Positions 29,751 to 40,020 of a stretch of 64,000 nucleotides of DNA are shown one piece after another. Below the pieces are notes generated by a model, which had not been told where the DNA came from, made no database searches, and worked only from the letters and a program-made list of their open reading frames with translations. The DNA comes from Desulfobacteraceae bacterium (GTDB taxonomy: Bacteria; Desulfobacterota; Desulfobacteria; Desulfobacterales; Desulfosarcinaceae), in contig JBNKKB010000165.1 of assembly GCA_050291605.1 (NCBI GenBank), positions 121 to 64,120 on the forward strand. Direction: 5' to 3'. Position 1 is the first letter of the stretch; every line of letters starts with the position of its first letter. A program made the position numbers and the translations under genes.

Positions 29751-31583
29751 CTATTGTTCGAGGGCCTGTTTGAATTTTTGTAATTGCGCTTCGTAGATTT
29801 TGCGGTCTTCGGGATTCATGGAGAGGGCGTTTTGCTCGGCTTCGATGGCTTCACGGACTCGACCGTTGGCGTATAAGGCTTCGGCCAAGGTATCCCAGAT
29901 GTGGGGCGCTTTTTTTATGGCGATGGCTTTTTTCGCAAGTTGTAAGGCCTGCTGGGGATCACTGAGTTCAGGATCGTCATCCGAGACAAGCAGCCATGCC
30001 AAATTGTTAAGGGCATCGGGGTTGTCAGGGTTCAATTCCAAGGAAGCCTTATAGGCATTGGCCGCACGTTTTAGGTTTTCCTGCTGGTAGTAGATGTTGC
30101 CGACCAGCCAATAAAGCAACCCATCTTTCGCGGTTTTGGTTTGCTTTTGGACAAGATAGCGTTCAATGTCTTGAACATTGATATTTCTATTTTCACCATC
30201 GAACAGGGTCTGATTGAGATGCAAAGCTGATGCGCCTAGTAGAAAAAAAGAAATCATAACAGTGATTATGCTACGCTTGACTTTGCGATGATGTTTCGTA
30301 ATCCAGATGGGCGAGCTTTCGCAAAGGCGCAGATAATCGATTCTTTGCTGGATGCTGAAATGGTGCCAGTTGGGTTTGTCCGCCGGCTGGCCGCTGGTGG
30401 CGACGATTTTGCCAAAGGTGTCGATCAAGGGTTGGGCGGTTGGAAAAAGCTTAAATACATAGACATCGGCTTGACGTTCAAAATTACGCATAAAATAACC
30501 GAATAGGTATCGGAAATACAATACTGCTCCAATGACCAATAAAGCCGAAGTAAAATAATTGAAGATCGAGTTGATATCAAATCCCAAGGCAAAAATGATT
30601 TTGAGTGCCGGCTTGGAAAAGATAAGATAATATCCCAGTGGAAACACCGTGTAGCTTATCAGCATGACGCCCATGAAGAACATCAGGTAAAGCTGTAAAT
30701 GCTTATGCTTGACGTGACCGATTTCGTGAGCGATGACTTGATCGACTTGATCGGGGGTAAGCAACTTCATTAGGGCTTCGGTGACCATGATGTACCGAAA
30801 TTTGGATACCAGCCCCATGACACCGGCGGTGATCATGCGGCCTCCGAATATGGGCCAGTGCACAATATTCGCGTAACCGACTTTGGCGCGTCGGCATAAG
30901 GATTCAATGCGACTGCGATAAGGTCCGTCGGCCAGGGGGCGGCATCCCCAAAAACGCTGCATGAGAACAGGCGCAAAAATCGCTGCGGCAAAAAGGAAAA
31001 ATACAAAATACCCCATCTGGCCGGTTGGGGAGTTGAGCAGGCGCTTGGGCAGTTCCAGGGGCAATAGACCAATGATATCGGTAATACCGAACAATAGAGC
31101 CCACGGTATAAGAACAGGAACAGTAAATGCAATGTTGGATGATATATAACTCTTGCGTGAAATGCCGGTGTTGTAAATTTTCTGATGCGCGTCAAAGGCA
31201 CATATCCATAACAACATGAGGTAGCTTACAAAAAGCAACAAAAAAAGAAGCGCCTTGAGCGTCGGCACCAGCGACATCCAATGGATGGGCTCCAAAAATG
31301 TGGGCATGTTCAGTCCCCAGATATCGATGGCAAACAGCACCAGGGCTAGAATGGTATGCCGGGTAAGGAGCAAGCTGAAGTGGTGATCCAGACGGATCTG
31401 ATCTTCCCATTGGGTAACACGTGCCAGGCGTTGGAATTGGAAGCGTGTATAGGCGGCAAACAACGCGATCAAGGCAACGAAAATAAACAGGGTGAGCGAT
31501 AGAGACAAGTGGGGGGTCTCCACAGGTTCATACAGCGACAGGATCATCAAGGCGATAATAAGATAGATAAAGTTGGCAAACAT
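29751..31583 (-). CDS. M48-family zinc metallopeptidase, polytopic membrane protein with C-terminal TPR repeats
   Basis: 610 aa. Motif HEIGHVKHKH (HExxH) between TM segments. C-terminal TPR units (YKASLELNPDNPDALNNLAW..). Confidence 0.82.
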   Translation of the reverse strand: MFANFIYLIIALMILSLYEPVETPHLSLSLTLFIFVALIALFAAYTRFQFQRLARVTQWEDQIRLDHHFSLLLTRHTILALVLFAIDIWGLNMPTFLEPIHWMSLVPTLKALLFLLLFVSYLMLLWICAFDAHQKIYNTGISRKSYISSNIAFTVPVLIPWALLFGITDIIGLLPLELPKRLLNSPTGQMGYFVFFLFAAAIFAPVLMQRFWGCRPLADGPYRSRIESLCRRAKVGYANIVHWPIFGGRMITAGVMGLVSKFRYIMVTEALMKLLTPDQVDQVIAHEIGHVKHKHLQLYLMFFMGVMLISYTVFPLGYYLIFSKPALKIIFALGFDINSIFNYFTSALLVIGAVLYFRYLFGYFMRNFERQADVYVFKLFPTAQPLIDTFGKIVATSGQPADKPNWHHFSIQQRIDYLRLCESSPIWITKHHRKVKRSIITVMISFFLLGASALHLNQTLFDGENRNINVQDIERYLVQKQTKTAKDGLLYWLVGNIYYQQENLKRAANAYKASLELNPDNPDALNNLAWLLVSDDDPELSDPQQALQLAKKAIAIKKAPHIWDTLAEALYANGRVREAIEAEQNALSMNPEDRKIYEAQLQKFKQALEQ

Positions 31584-31683
31584 GGATATAGTGTTTGGTG
31601 TCTGGTGTTAGTGGTAAGCCGTGGCGCGTCCTTAATTATATTCTTTTTATCCTGTTTCACCGGAAAAGATTTGGCAACTTCTT

Positions 31684-32211
31684 CTATTTGAAGTAGCGAT
31701 CTTTCTCGCTGTAAATGCAGCCGCAATACTGTTGGCGATACATGCCCAGTTGCCTTGACTGTGCAACACCGTGTTTCCAGCCGGTTCGAAAATCCTGGTA
31801 GATAAAAGGCACCCCGATTTGTCGGCCAACGGACTCGCCGATATCACGAATGGCATCATGTTGTTGAAATTTGCTGTACAGCAGTGTGGTGGAAAAAGCA
31901 TCGAATTTGCTTCTTTTGGCCAGTTTGGCAGTGGCCTGCAACCGGGCATGGTAGCAGTAGTGACAACGGTTTTTTTCGCGAAATGCCACGTTTTGTAAAA
32001 AAGTTTCCAAATTATAATCATCTGCGATAATCAATTTTAGATCAATTTGGGAGGCATAAGTGCTTAATGTCTCCTGGCGCTTGAGGCATTCGGTGAAGGG
32101 ATGGATATTGTTGCGATAGAAAAAACCCATCACCTCGTATTGTGCGCTACGCAGTGCCTGTACAGGATAGATACTGCAAGGGCCACAGCAAGTATGCAAC
32201 AGCAGCTTCAT
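31684..32211 (-). CDS. queH: Epoxyqueuosine reductase QueH (DUF208)
   Basis: 175 aa. N-terminal LLLHTCCGPCS and C-terminal YRQQYCGC cysteine motifs. Confidence 0.85.
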   Translation of the reverse strand: MKLLLHTCCGPCSIYPVQALRSAQYEVMGFFYRNNIHPFTECLKRQETLSTYASQIDLKLIIADDYNLETFLQNVAFREKNRCHYCYHARLQATAKLAKRSKFDAFSTTLLYSKFQQHDAIRDIGESVGRQIGVPFIYQDFRTGWKHGVAQSRQLGMYRQQYCGCIYSEKDRYFK

Positions 32212-32906
32212 TGGCGTGCTCCAAAAATAGCCGTTCCGATACGTACCAGGCTGGCGCCCTCTTCAATGGCCACTTCAAAATCCCCGGTCATGCCCATGGA
32301 TAGCTCGGTCATTTCAACCCTTGGGATGTGCGCTTTTTGAATATGGTCCTTGAGTTGGCGCAAAGCAACAAAAAAGGGGCGTACGCGTTCAGGTTGATTG
32401 AAATAGGGTGGCATGGTCATTAACCCCTTGATGCGTATGTGAGACAAATTGCTTATGTTTTGGACCAGCGTCAAGGCCCGATCTTCGGAAATACCTGATT
32501 TGGTGCTTTCGCCGCTCAGATTTACCTGGACGAGGATATTTTGGACTTTGCTATTTCTTTGAGCCTGTTTATCCAACTCGATGGCCAATCTTTCCGAATC
32601 CACGCTGTGGATCAGATCAAAGATCCGCACGACATACTTGGCTTTATTGCGTTGCAGATGACCGATGAAATGCCATTGGGTTTGCAGCCCGACCAATGCC
32701 TCAAATTTTTCACATGATTCCTGAACGTAATTTTCACCCAGGGTCGATGCACCTGCTTGCACAGCCATGCGTACTACATCGGCAGACTGGGTTTTGGTTA
32801 CAACCACCAATTGAATATCGTCCGGGGAGCGATCAGAGCGCAGGGCCGCTTCTCGTATGCGTTGGCGGACAATGGATAAATTGTGGACGATGATGTCAGG
32901 CCGCAT
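32208..32906 (-). CDS. yggS: YggS-family pyridoxal-phosphate homeostasis protein
   Basis: 232 aa. Motifs LVVVTKTQ, GENYVQE, WHFIGHLQRNK, SMGMTGDFEVAIEEGASLVRIGTAIFG. Confidence 0.9.
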   Translation of the reverse strand: MRPDIIVHNLSIVRQRIREAALRSDRSPDDIQLVVVTKTQSADVVRMAVQAGASTLGENYVQESCEKFEALVGLQTQWHFIGHLQRNKAKYVVRIFDLIHSVDSERLAIELDKQAQRNSKVQNILVQVNLSGESTKSGISEDRALTLVQNISNLSHIRIKGLMTMPPYFNQPERVRPFFVALRQLKDHIQKAHIPRVEMTELSMGMTGDFEVAIEEGASLVRIGTAIFGARQ

Positions 32907-33513
32907 GTTTGGGTCCGTTGATGAGTTGAATCACACCCTGTGCGATGAGAATTTCAATGACTTCACATACAGGCAATCCAACAACGTTGGTGTAGGATCC
33001 GTTGATGTGCTTTACCAGAAATGTTCCCAGGCCCTGGATGGCATACGCACCGGCTTTGTCAAAGGGTTCGTCGGTATGGGCGTACCACTCAATTTCAATA
33101 TCCGAGAGTTGTTTGAAAGTGACATCCGTACAAACTACGTCGGAGATGCGCTGATTCAATTGAACGCAACAGATGCAAAATCCAGTAAAAACCTGATGGG
33201 TTTGGCCGCTGAGGCGCTTCAACATGGATATGGCGGCCGTTGGGTCCCTGGGTTTGCCTAACACGGTATTGTTGATGCAGACTACTGTGTCCGCACCGAT
33301 GACCCAATGACTCGGAAACCGGCGGGCAATATCTTCTGACTTTGCCCTTGCCAGCGTGTCGACATATTCAGTCGGCGATTTGGGCGCTACGCTGTGTTCA
33401 TCAAAACAGCTGGGCATGACCTCGAATACAAGCCCGGCCTGTTCAAGCAGGTATTTGCGGCGAGGCGATTGGGATGCCAGAATCAATGCTTTTTGTTGGA
33501 TGTTTTCAGTCAT
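32896..33513 (-). CDS. maf: Maf-family nucleoside-triphosphate pyrophosphatase
   Basis: 205 aa. Motifs LILASQSPRRKYLLEQAGL, GADTVV, GKP and KAGAYAIQG. Confidence 0.92.
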   Translation of the reverse strand: MTENIQQKALILASQSPRRKYLLEQAGLVFEVMPSCFDEHSVAPKSPTEYVDTLARAKSEDIARRFPSHWVIGADTVVCINNTVLGKPRDPTAAISMLKRLSGQTHQVFTGFCICCVQLNQRISDVVCTDVTFKQLSDIEIEWYAHTDEPFDKAGAYAIQGLGTFLVKHINGSYTNVVGLPVCEVIEILIAQGVIQLINGPKHAA

Positions 33514-33683
33514 GGGGTGTTTTTAACAAATGGCATGGGGTTTGACAAGGACGAGACATAGCGCATAGCGTTCAGCAAAGGCAGTGCGTTTTTGCCGTGC
33601 AAATCTCGTTCATGTACAAGCCGTTAAAAGATTAAAGTGTAATGCTTAAAGTGAAGGTAGGTATCAATTAAAAGACGCAACAG

Positions 33684-34727
33684 CTAAGTGCCTAATTGCT
33701 TATTAGCTTCTAAAATCAATTCCTCGGTGGTTTCCCAGGAGATACAGGCATCGGTGATAGAGACGCCGTATTTCATGGAACTCAGTTCACCCGTGTTTTT
33801 CTGGTTGCCTTCCTTTAAGTTGCTCTCAAGCATCATACCCATGATACTGGTGTTGCCACCCACGCGTTGATTGATGACATCCCGCCAGACAACCGTCTGT
33901 TCCGGATAGTGCTTGCGTGAATTATCATGGGAGCAATCCACTACCACAGCTTGCTGCAAATTTTTACGCTGGAGCAGGTTGAGTGCCTCTCGAATGCTAA
34001 CTGTGTCGTAATTCGGGCGCTGACCGCCTCGTAATACGATATGTGCGTATGGATTGCCGGTCGTTTGAACGATACTGGTACGGCCGTTGGTATCGATGCC
34101 TAAAAAATTCTGTGGTGAACCGGCGGCAATCATGGCGTTTAAAGCGGTATCCAGATCCCCATCGGTACTGTTTTTGAATCCCACCGGCATGGAGAGACCA
34201 CTGGCCATTTCGCGATGGGTCTGGGATTCGGTTGTCCGTGCGCCAATGGCCGCCCAAGCCACGAGGCCTGCTATATATTGTGGCGTAATGGGGTCCAGCA
34301 TCTCCGTACCGATGGGCAGCCCCATATCTGTGATTTCCATCATGAGATTTCTGGCAGTGTGCAAACCTTTATTGATATCGTAGGAGCCATCCAGCCCCGG
34401 ATCATTGATCAGACCCTTCCACCCCACTGTGGTGCGTGGTTTTTCAAAATAGACCCGCATGACAAGATAGAGGTTCTCTTTGACCTTTTGCTGAAGCTGT
34501 CGAAGCCGCTGAGCGTATTCCAAGGCAGCGGTCACATCGTGGATGGAACAGGGGCCGGTCACGATAAGCAGGCGAGGGTCTTTTTTGTAGATGATGTTTT
34601 TGACGATTTCGCGGCTTTGAAATACTGTCGCTGCGGCTGCTTCGTTGATCGGCAATTGATCCTTGAGCTCAGACGGTGAGATCAAAGGGATAAAACCTTT
34701 GACATTAATATCGTAAGTTTTTTTCAC
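33684..34727 (-). CDS. aroG: 3-deoxy-7-phosphoheptulonate (DAHP) synthase, class I-alpha
   Basis: 347 aa. Motifs GPCSIHD, FEKPRTTVGWKGLINDP, IGARTTESQTHREMASGLSMPVGFKN and VDCSHDNS. The isozyme (AroF/G/H type) cannot be told from the sequence. Confidence 0.93.
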   Translation of the reverse strand: MKKTYDINVKGFIPLISPSELKDQLPINEAAAATVFQSREIVKNIIYKKDPRLLIVTGPCSIHDVTAALEYAQRLRQLQQKVKENLYLVMRVYFEKPRTTVGWKGLINDPGLDGSYDINKGLHTARNLMMEITDMGLPIGTEMLDPITPQYIAGLVAWAAIGARTTESQTHREMASGLSMPVGFKNSTDGDLDTALNAMIAAGSPQNFLGIDTNGRTSIVQTTGNPYAHIVLRGGQRPNYDTVSIREALNLLQRKNLQQAVVVDCSHDNSRKHYPEQTVVWRDVINQRVGGNTSIMGMMLESNLKEGNQKNTGELSSMKYGVSITDACISWETTEELILEANKQLGT

Positions 34728-34995
34728 ACGGCATCTCCTTTGTGGTTTCCAATGGTAGGTTTTAGAAAAATAAGCATCAAGTCGTCAAACTTTTTTATTT
34801 ACATTAGATCGGCGGATCGATAACCTTATCCATCAACAAGCGCTGCTTCTGTGGGCCAATGACCTGTCTATCGATAAAAGAAAAATGCCGGCAACCATAA
34901 GATTTGTGGATTACGATGGACACCTTGCCAAAACCAGTAGTGTTAGCGCGTTTAACGGATTGAATCCGCAAGCTATCAAAGGGAGCCAAGCACAT

Positions 34996-35988
34996 ATGCT
35001 AAATTTTAAATCAAACCAGATTATTGTATGGACCATTTTGGTAATTTCATTTCTATTGCCGGCGATTCCCGTGAGCGCTGACGACGAAAAAGAGGCGAAA
35101 CAGGGCCAAGCTGCGGTGGTGAACGGAACGGTTATCTCCACCTCTGATTTTGAGCGTGAGTTTAATATATATAAAAACCGTTTCACATCCAGAAACCCTA
35201 ATTTGCCACCGTATTTTATTGCGCAATTACGAACGCAGGTTCTCAAAGAGATCATTGATCAGGAGTTATTATTGCAAGCGAGCCGGAAACAGAAGATCAT
35301 GATCAAGGATGAGGCTGTGATATCGCAAATCGATATATTTAAAAAAAAGTTTCCAACGTCGGCGCAATTTAAGGCATTTCTTGATAAGATGGGCTATAGC
35401 GAAGCAGATATCAAAGCCCAATTTGCGAAACGAATGGCTGTGCGTGAATTGATCGAGCAAAAAATTGTTTCAAAAATCCATATCAAGGACAATGAAGCCA
35501 AGGCCTATTTTGATACAAAGACTGAAAAATACAGCCAAAAAGAGGCGGTGCGTGCCAGACATATTTTAATCAAGGTTGACCCAACTGCTGATGAGAAGGC
35601 CAAGACCAAAGCCCGTCAAGAACTCACAGGTATTAAAAAGCGAATAGTGTCAGGAGAAGATTTTGCGACATTGGCCAAAACGCATTCCCAAGGACCTTCA
35701 GGGGCCAAGGGAGGAGATTTAGGTTATTTCAGTCGCGGACAGATGGTCAAGCCCTTTGAAGCGGTGGCCTTTAAACTGGCCGTCAATGAGGTCAGTGATA
35801 TTGTTGAAACCCGATTTGGCTATCATTTGATCAAGGTTGTCGATCGAAAAGACGCCAAAACGCCTTCATTTGCTGAAGTGAAGGAAAAAGCCATTCAAGA
35901 CCTGCGCAATGAACGCATTCAGGCACAGGTAAACGCATATATCGGTAATTTGCGCAAGAGCGCCCAAATAGAAACTTTTGTAAAATAG
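34996..35988 (+). CDS. Periplasmic parvulin-type peptidyl-prolyl isomerase (SurA/PrsA-like)
   Basis: Signal peptide begins at the ATG at 34996 (MLNFKSNQIIVWTILVISFLLPAIPVSA). Rotamase motif ARHILIKV...GGDLGYFSRGQMVKPFE...TRFGYHLIKV. Confidence 0.85.
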   Translation: MLNFKSNQIIVWTILVISFLLPAIPVSADDEKEAKQGQAAVVNGTVISTSDFEREFNIYKNRFTSRNPNLPPYFIAQLRTQVLKEIIDQELLLQASRKQKIMIKDEAVISQIDIFKKKFPTSAQFKAFLDKMGYSEADIKAQFAKRMAVRELIEQKIVSKIHIKDNEAKAYFDTKTEKYSQKEAVRARHILIKVDPTADEKAKTKARQELTGIKKRIVSGEDFATLAKTHSQGPSGAKGGDLGYFSRGQMVKPFEAVAFKLAVNEVSDIVETRFGYHLIKVVDRKDAKTPSFAEVKEKAIQDLRNERIQAQVNAYIGNLRKSAQIETFVK

Positions 35989-36005
35989 CGGTTGAGATAG
36001 ATGTT

Positions 36006-36341
36006 ATGACGACTTCCATGCAGATTAAAACCACTGAAAAGTTCGAGATTACTGCTTACAAGCGCCCCAAGGATATTAAGCGTTTAAGACAAACCCATGT
36101 CAGTTTCACCGGTTCGCCCCGTAAACACCCCTTGGATCCTCATAAAATTATTCTGCTCGGTGATGCGTACAAACAAAACACTTTTTACTATGAGTTTTTA
36201 AGCGATGACATTGCGTACGTGGAAGAGCTTCCCAATATCGTGAATATCAATGAGGAGGTCATCGCTGTGGTAAGGATTTGGGTGCGCAAAGGAAGTGTGG
36301 GATTGCGTTGTACACCCTTTTGGGTGGAAGCTTTTGAATAA
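36006..36341 (+). CDS. Hypothetical protein
   Basis: 111-aa ORF in a tight plus-strand array. No motif recognised. Confidence 0.4.
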   Translation: MTTSMQIKTTEKFEITAYKRPKDIKRLRQTHVSFTGSPRKHPLDPHKIILLGDAYKQNTFYYEFLSDDIAYVEELPNIVNINEEVIAVVRIWVRKGSVGLRCTPFWVEAFE

Positions 36342-36397
36342 AAAGGGGATTTTGAGGCATAGATCAACCCCCTGGTCAGAAAACCCAATTTTGCGAA

Positions 36398-36670
36398 ATG
36401 GAAAAAATAAGTCGGACCCAGATGAAGAAAAAAGCCCAAGCTTTGCAGCGCTTGGGCGAGCGTTTGGTTGCGTTGAACGAAAAACAAGTGAAAGCTTTGG
36501 TGTTGCCGGACGAACTCAAAGAGGCGGTTGCCTTGGTTCATGAGATGAAAAGTCATGAGGCCCGCCGTCGGCAACTTCAATATATTGGCCGTTTGATGCG
36601 AGAAATAGATGCATTGGCAGTCGAAGCGGCCATTGCAAAGCTGCAATCACGGGAGAACCGGGAGAGATGA
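36398..36670 (+). CDS. YjgA/DarP (DUF615)-like ribosome-associated protein, short form
   Basis: SRTQMKKKAQALQRLGERLVAL...LPDELKEAV...SHEARRRQLQYIGRLMREID matches the conserved core of YjgA. At 90 aa it is about half the E. coli length. Confidence 0.6.
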   Translation: MEKISRTQMKKKAQALQRLGERLVALNEKQVKALVLPDELKEAVALVHEMKSHEARRRQLQYIGRLMREIDALAVEAAIAKLQSRENRER

Positions 36671-36678
36671 ATGCTCTG

Positions 36679-37830
36679 TTATTCCAAGTGCTCGATCAAT
36701 TCATCGACAATACGATCCAAAAAGAGCATGCCTTCCACCGTCAGCCGGCATCGCCGGCTGTTCAGATCAATCCATTCTTCTGCATCAAAACGGTCCAATG
36801 CCTTGCTGAAATAGAGCCTGAAGTCAATCTGGAAGTGATGCTGGAATGTTGCCAGATCCAAACCATCGGATTGGCGCAACCCTAGATAAAGGGCCTCGAT
36901 TATCAACTGCTCATCGGTAAGCTCCTCTTGATCGGAACGCGGAAGTTTGCTCTGGTTTAGATCTTCTAAATAGCGTTTCAGAGAGCGATGGTTCCACCAG
37001 CGCTGGGGGAGCTTAAACCCATGGGCTGAGGGACCCAGTCCAAAATAGGGTGTAAAGTTCCAGTACTTCTGGTTGTGTTTGGAGCGCCATCGAGATCCCC
37101 TTGAAAAATTGGATATTTCATAGTGCTCATACCCGCCCACGCCTAAAAAATCGTGGGTCATGCGAAAAAGTTCCGCACTTAACACCTCTTTCAGGGGTAC
37201 GACACGCCCGTTTTGCTGATCCTGGTAAAGGGGCGTGTGGGGTTCATAGGTTAGCATATAGCAAGAGAGGTGTTTGGGAGAGAGCCGCATGGCTTGCATG
37301 AGATCGCTTTTCCACATGCTTGGCGTTTGGTCAGGCAAACCATAGATCAGGTCAAGGCCGATGTTGTTAAAGCCGGCATTTTTAGCCGCCTGGACTGCTG
37401 ATATTGCCTGCTGCCCGTTATGCAGACGGCCCAAAAAAGTAAGTTGTTGATCTTCAAAGGATTGCACGCCGATGTTTAGACGATTAAAACCAAATGCCGC
37501 ATAATCCTGTAAATCCCGTTTTGTGGCCGTGGCTGGATTGATCTCCAAGGTCATTTCGGCTGAAGAATCCAGGTCAAAGCATAGGGCTGCCCAATCTACT
37601 ATTTTTCCAACCTGTTTGGGTGTTAACAGCGAAGGCGTGCCACCGCCAATGTAGAGGGTGTCCACCCGCATCCCGGGTTCTTTGGAGAGGTTCATCTCTT
37701 TTTTAAGGCCCTCTAAAAAGTCAGGGATGCGATCCAATTCAGTAGTGGAAAAAAAATCGCAATATCGGCACTTTTGTTGGCAGAAGGGAATGTGGAGATA
37801 AATACCCGCGTTTTGATCCGAATATGGCAT
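36679..37830 (-). CDS. hemW: Radical SAM heme chaperone HemW (HemN-like, oxygen-independent coproporphyrinogen oxidase family)
   Basis: 383 aa. Motifs YLHIPFCQQKCRYCDF (CxxxCxxC), GGGTPS and a HemN_C-like tail. Confidence 0.88.
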   Translation of the reverse strand: MPYSDQNAGIYLHIPFCQQKCRYCDFFSTTELDRIPDFLEGLKKEMNLSKEPGMRVDTLYIGGGTPSLLTPKQVGKIVDWAALCFDLDSSAEMTLEINPATATKRDLQDYAAFGFNRLNIGVQSFEDQQLTFLGRLHNGQQAISAVQAAKNAGFNNIGLDLIYGLPDQTPSMWKSDLMQAMRLSPKHLSCYMLTYEPHTPLYQDQQNGRVVPLKEVLSAELFRMTHDFLGVGGYEHYEISNFSRGSRWRSKHNQKYWNFTPYFGLGPSAHGFKLPQRWWNHRSLKRYLEDLNQSKLPRSDQEELTDEQLIIEALYLGLRQSDGLDLATFQHHFQIDFRLYFSKALDRFDAEEWIDLNSRRCRLTVEGMLFLDRIVDELIEHLE

Positions 37831-37834
37831 GTTC

Positions 37835-39130
37835 TTATCCTATTTCGTTTTCATCCAACAAGTCGCGACTTCTTTTGACCGCACACATGTCGCCACACAT
37901 GGTACACACCGATTCATCGTTAGGTAAGGATGATTCACGATAATCCTTTGCCTTTTGAGGGTCAATGGCCAAATCAAGCATGAGGGGCCAATTTAGGTCG
38001 CGGCGTGCCTTGCTCATTTTATGGTCCCAATCAATGGCGCCTGGGAGACCCTTGGCAATATCCGCCGCATGGGCAGCGATACGGGCAGCCACAATGCCCT
38101 CCTTGACATCTTGGTTGTCGGGCAGGCGCAGGTGCTCCGCAGGCGTGACATAGCAGAGAAAATCCGCCCCATAGGACGCTGCCAAAGCCCCACCGATGGC
38201 AGATGTAATGTGGTCATACCCGGGAGCCACATCAGTGACCAAAGGTCCTAGTACATAAAATGGTGCCCCGTGGCACAATTTTTTTTGCAATTGCATATTG
38301 GCCACCACCTCATTCAAGGGTATATGGCCCGGACCTTCTATCATTACCTGTATATGACGTTCCCAGGCGGTTTTGGTGAGTTCGCCAAGGATGATCAATT
38401 CCTGAATTTGAGGGGCGTCTGTGGCATCTTTCAAGCTTCCGGGTCGCAGGGCATCTCCAAGACTCAGCGTGATATCGTATTGGCCGCATATCTCCAGCAG
38501 TCGATCAAAGTGCTCATAGAATGGGTTCTCGCGATCATTGGCCACCATCCATTCCAATAAGATGGCGCCACCTCGGCTTACGACATGGGTTAAGCGGGGG
38601 TTTTTATGAATGCGTTCCACAGCCACCCGATTTAGTCCGGCGTGAATGGTCATGAAATCGATTCCGTCCTGGGCATGTTGCGCCACGGTATCGAAGAATT
38701 GATCTACCGTAATGTTCGATACAGGCGTGCCGAAAGTGGCAAGGGCGTCATAAACCGGTACGGTGCCGATCATTACAGGGGCCATTTCCACCACTTTTTG
38801 ACGAAACTGTCGCGTGTTGCCAAACGTGCTCAAGTCCATAATGGCATCGGCTTTTAGCGCCAAGGCATCCTGAACTTTGCGCAGTTCAATGTCCAAATGA
38901 CAGCAATCCTGGGATACACCCAGGTTGACATTTACTTTGGTGCGCAAACCGGTCCCAATTCCGATACCGCGCAAATGCGGGTGGTTTTTATTGGCCGGGA
39001 TTATGATTTTGCCGGCGGCCATTTGGTCAAGCAACAGATCTTGAGAAATGGGCTCGTCATTTATAACGTTTTTCATTTGGGAGGTGATAATCCCTTGTCG
39101 GGCAGCCTCCATTTGAGTTTTATAGGTCAT
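37835..39130 (-). CDS. thiC: Phosphomethylpyrimidine synthase ThiC
   Basis: Begins [16 protein letters not shown]. The ATG at 39130 is preceded by GGAGGGAG. C-terminal CTMCGDMCA cluster motif. The ORF-track start (39319) would run through the TPP riboswitch. Confidence 0.95.
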   Translation of the reverse strand: MTYKTQMEAARQGIITSQMKNVINDEPISQDLLLDQMAAGKIIIPANKNHPHLRGIGIGTGLRTKVNVNLGVSQDCCHLDIELRKVQDALALKADAIMDLSTFGNTRQFRQKVVEMAPVMIGTVPVYDALATFGTPVSNITVDQFFDTVAQHAQDGIDFMTIHAGLNRVAVERIHKNPRLTHVVSRGGAILLEWMVANDRENPFYEHFDRLLEICGQYDITLSLGDALRPGSLKDATDAPQIQELIILGELTKTAWERHIQVMIEGPGHIPLNEVVANMQLQKKLCHGAPFYVLGPLVTDVAPGYDHITSAIGGALAASYGADFLCYVTPAEHLRLPDNQDVKEGIVAARIAAHAADIAKGLPGAIDWDHKMSKARRDLNWPLMLDLAIDPQKAKDYRESSLPNDESVCTMCGDMCAVKRSRDLLDENEIG

Positions 39131-39206
39131 ATGCTCCCTCCAATGGACATGGGTGTCCAGGTGAATGCCAAAAAAAATTGTGCCACTGGCCCCTGTGTTC
39201 CAACCA

Positions 39207-39240
39207 AAAAAAGGCCGCATCCGGCAAAGCGGATACGGCA
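39207..39240 (-). terminator. Intrinsic terminator of the thiC leader (riboswitch expression platform)
   Basis: The minus strand reads GCCGTATCCG-CTTTGC-CGGATGCGGC followed by CTTTTTTTGG: a 10-bp stem (one G-U pair) plus a T7 run, about 76 nt upstream of the thiC ATG. Confidence 0.75.
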
Positions 39241-39278
39241 AGTCAGGACTCAGTTGGTCGGCCGGTCCATGGGCTGTC

Positions 39279-39353
39279 AGCCGCTTCCCTTCGCCAGTAT
39301 TAGCCGGATCAGGTTCCAAGGGTTTTTCTCAGCATATTCGCACCCCTAGCGTG
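39279..39353 (-). promoter_or_regulatory. TPP (THI-box) riboswitch aptamer
   Basis: The minus strand reads cgCTAGGGGTGCgaatatGCTGAGAaaaACCCttgGAACCTGATCCGGCTAATACTGGCGAAGGGAAgcg. This matches the conserved TPP aptamer core (GGGGUGC, CUGAGA, ACCUGAUCNGGNUAAUNCC, AGGGA). Confidence 0.92.
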
Positions 39354-40020
39354 AATGCATCCTATGGGGTCGCCGTTGGAAATGCAAGTTATTTTTGGAG
39401 GGTATTCTCCAATTTGTTGGGCAATCCCGCTGAAGAAGCTATTGACGGCTATGGGGGAGGATCGGATGGTGTTTTGCCTAAATTAGGGTGAAATTTGCAA
39501 ATAAAGGCTTGCATAGTGGGTCTCTTTTTCCTATCATAATTAAATCTACAGGCACTTTCTCAAATTCCAATGCATCTTTGTCCAGGCTGTTTTGCTTACC
39601 AAATTACGAATAGTTACTGCATCTTATTGCCTATCGTAAAAGTGAATCCAGTTGCCGTTCGCTAAAGAAAAAACGACCCCCAGATCATGGACACAGGGGT
39701 GAGACTTCACAGATAAACATATGCATGTAATATCGTGATGTTGATCTGTTTTGAGTTCAGGGGGTGTTCAGGGAGGTGGACATGGAAGGAAAGATTCAAG
39801 GCAAACAAGCGCGCATAAAGTCCCGAGCAGAGCATATCTGTCTAAATCAAGGTGCGGACCATCGCAAAACGGACAGAAGGAGGCGCCGCTGTAGAGGCTA
39901 TACCTACATCACCATGGTGGGTTGGGTGTGCCGTCGGGAGCAAGCCAGAAGAAAAACCGACCATTTTTGAGTCGTCCCATGCAGATGTTTTTCATTTGAT
40001 ATATCGTTCGGTCTATTCCA

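Noticed and set aside
39131-39319. 63-codon N-terminal extension of ThiC in the ORF track.
   Set aside because: The extension spans the TPP riboswitch aptamer and its terminator. A strong SD plus ATG at 39130 gives a canonical ThiC N-terminus.
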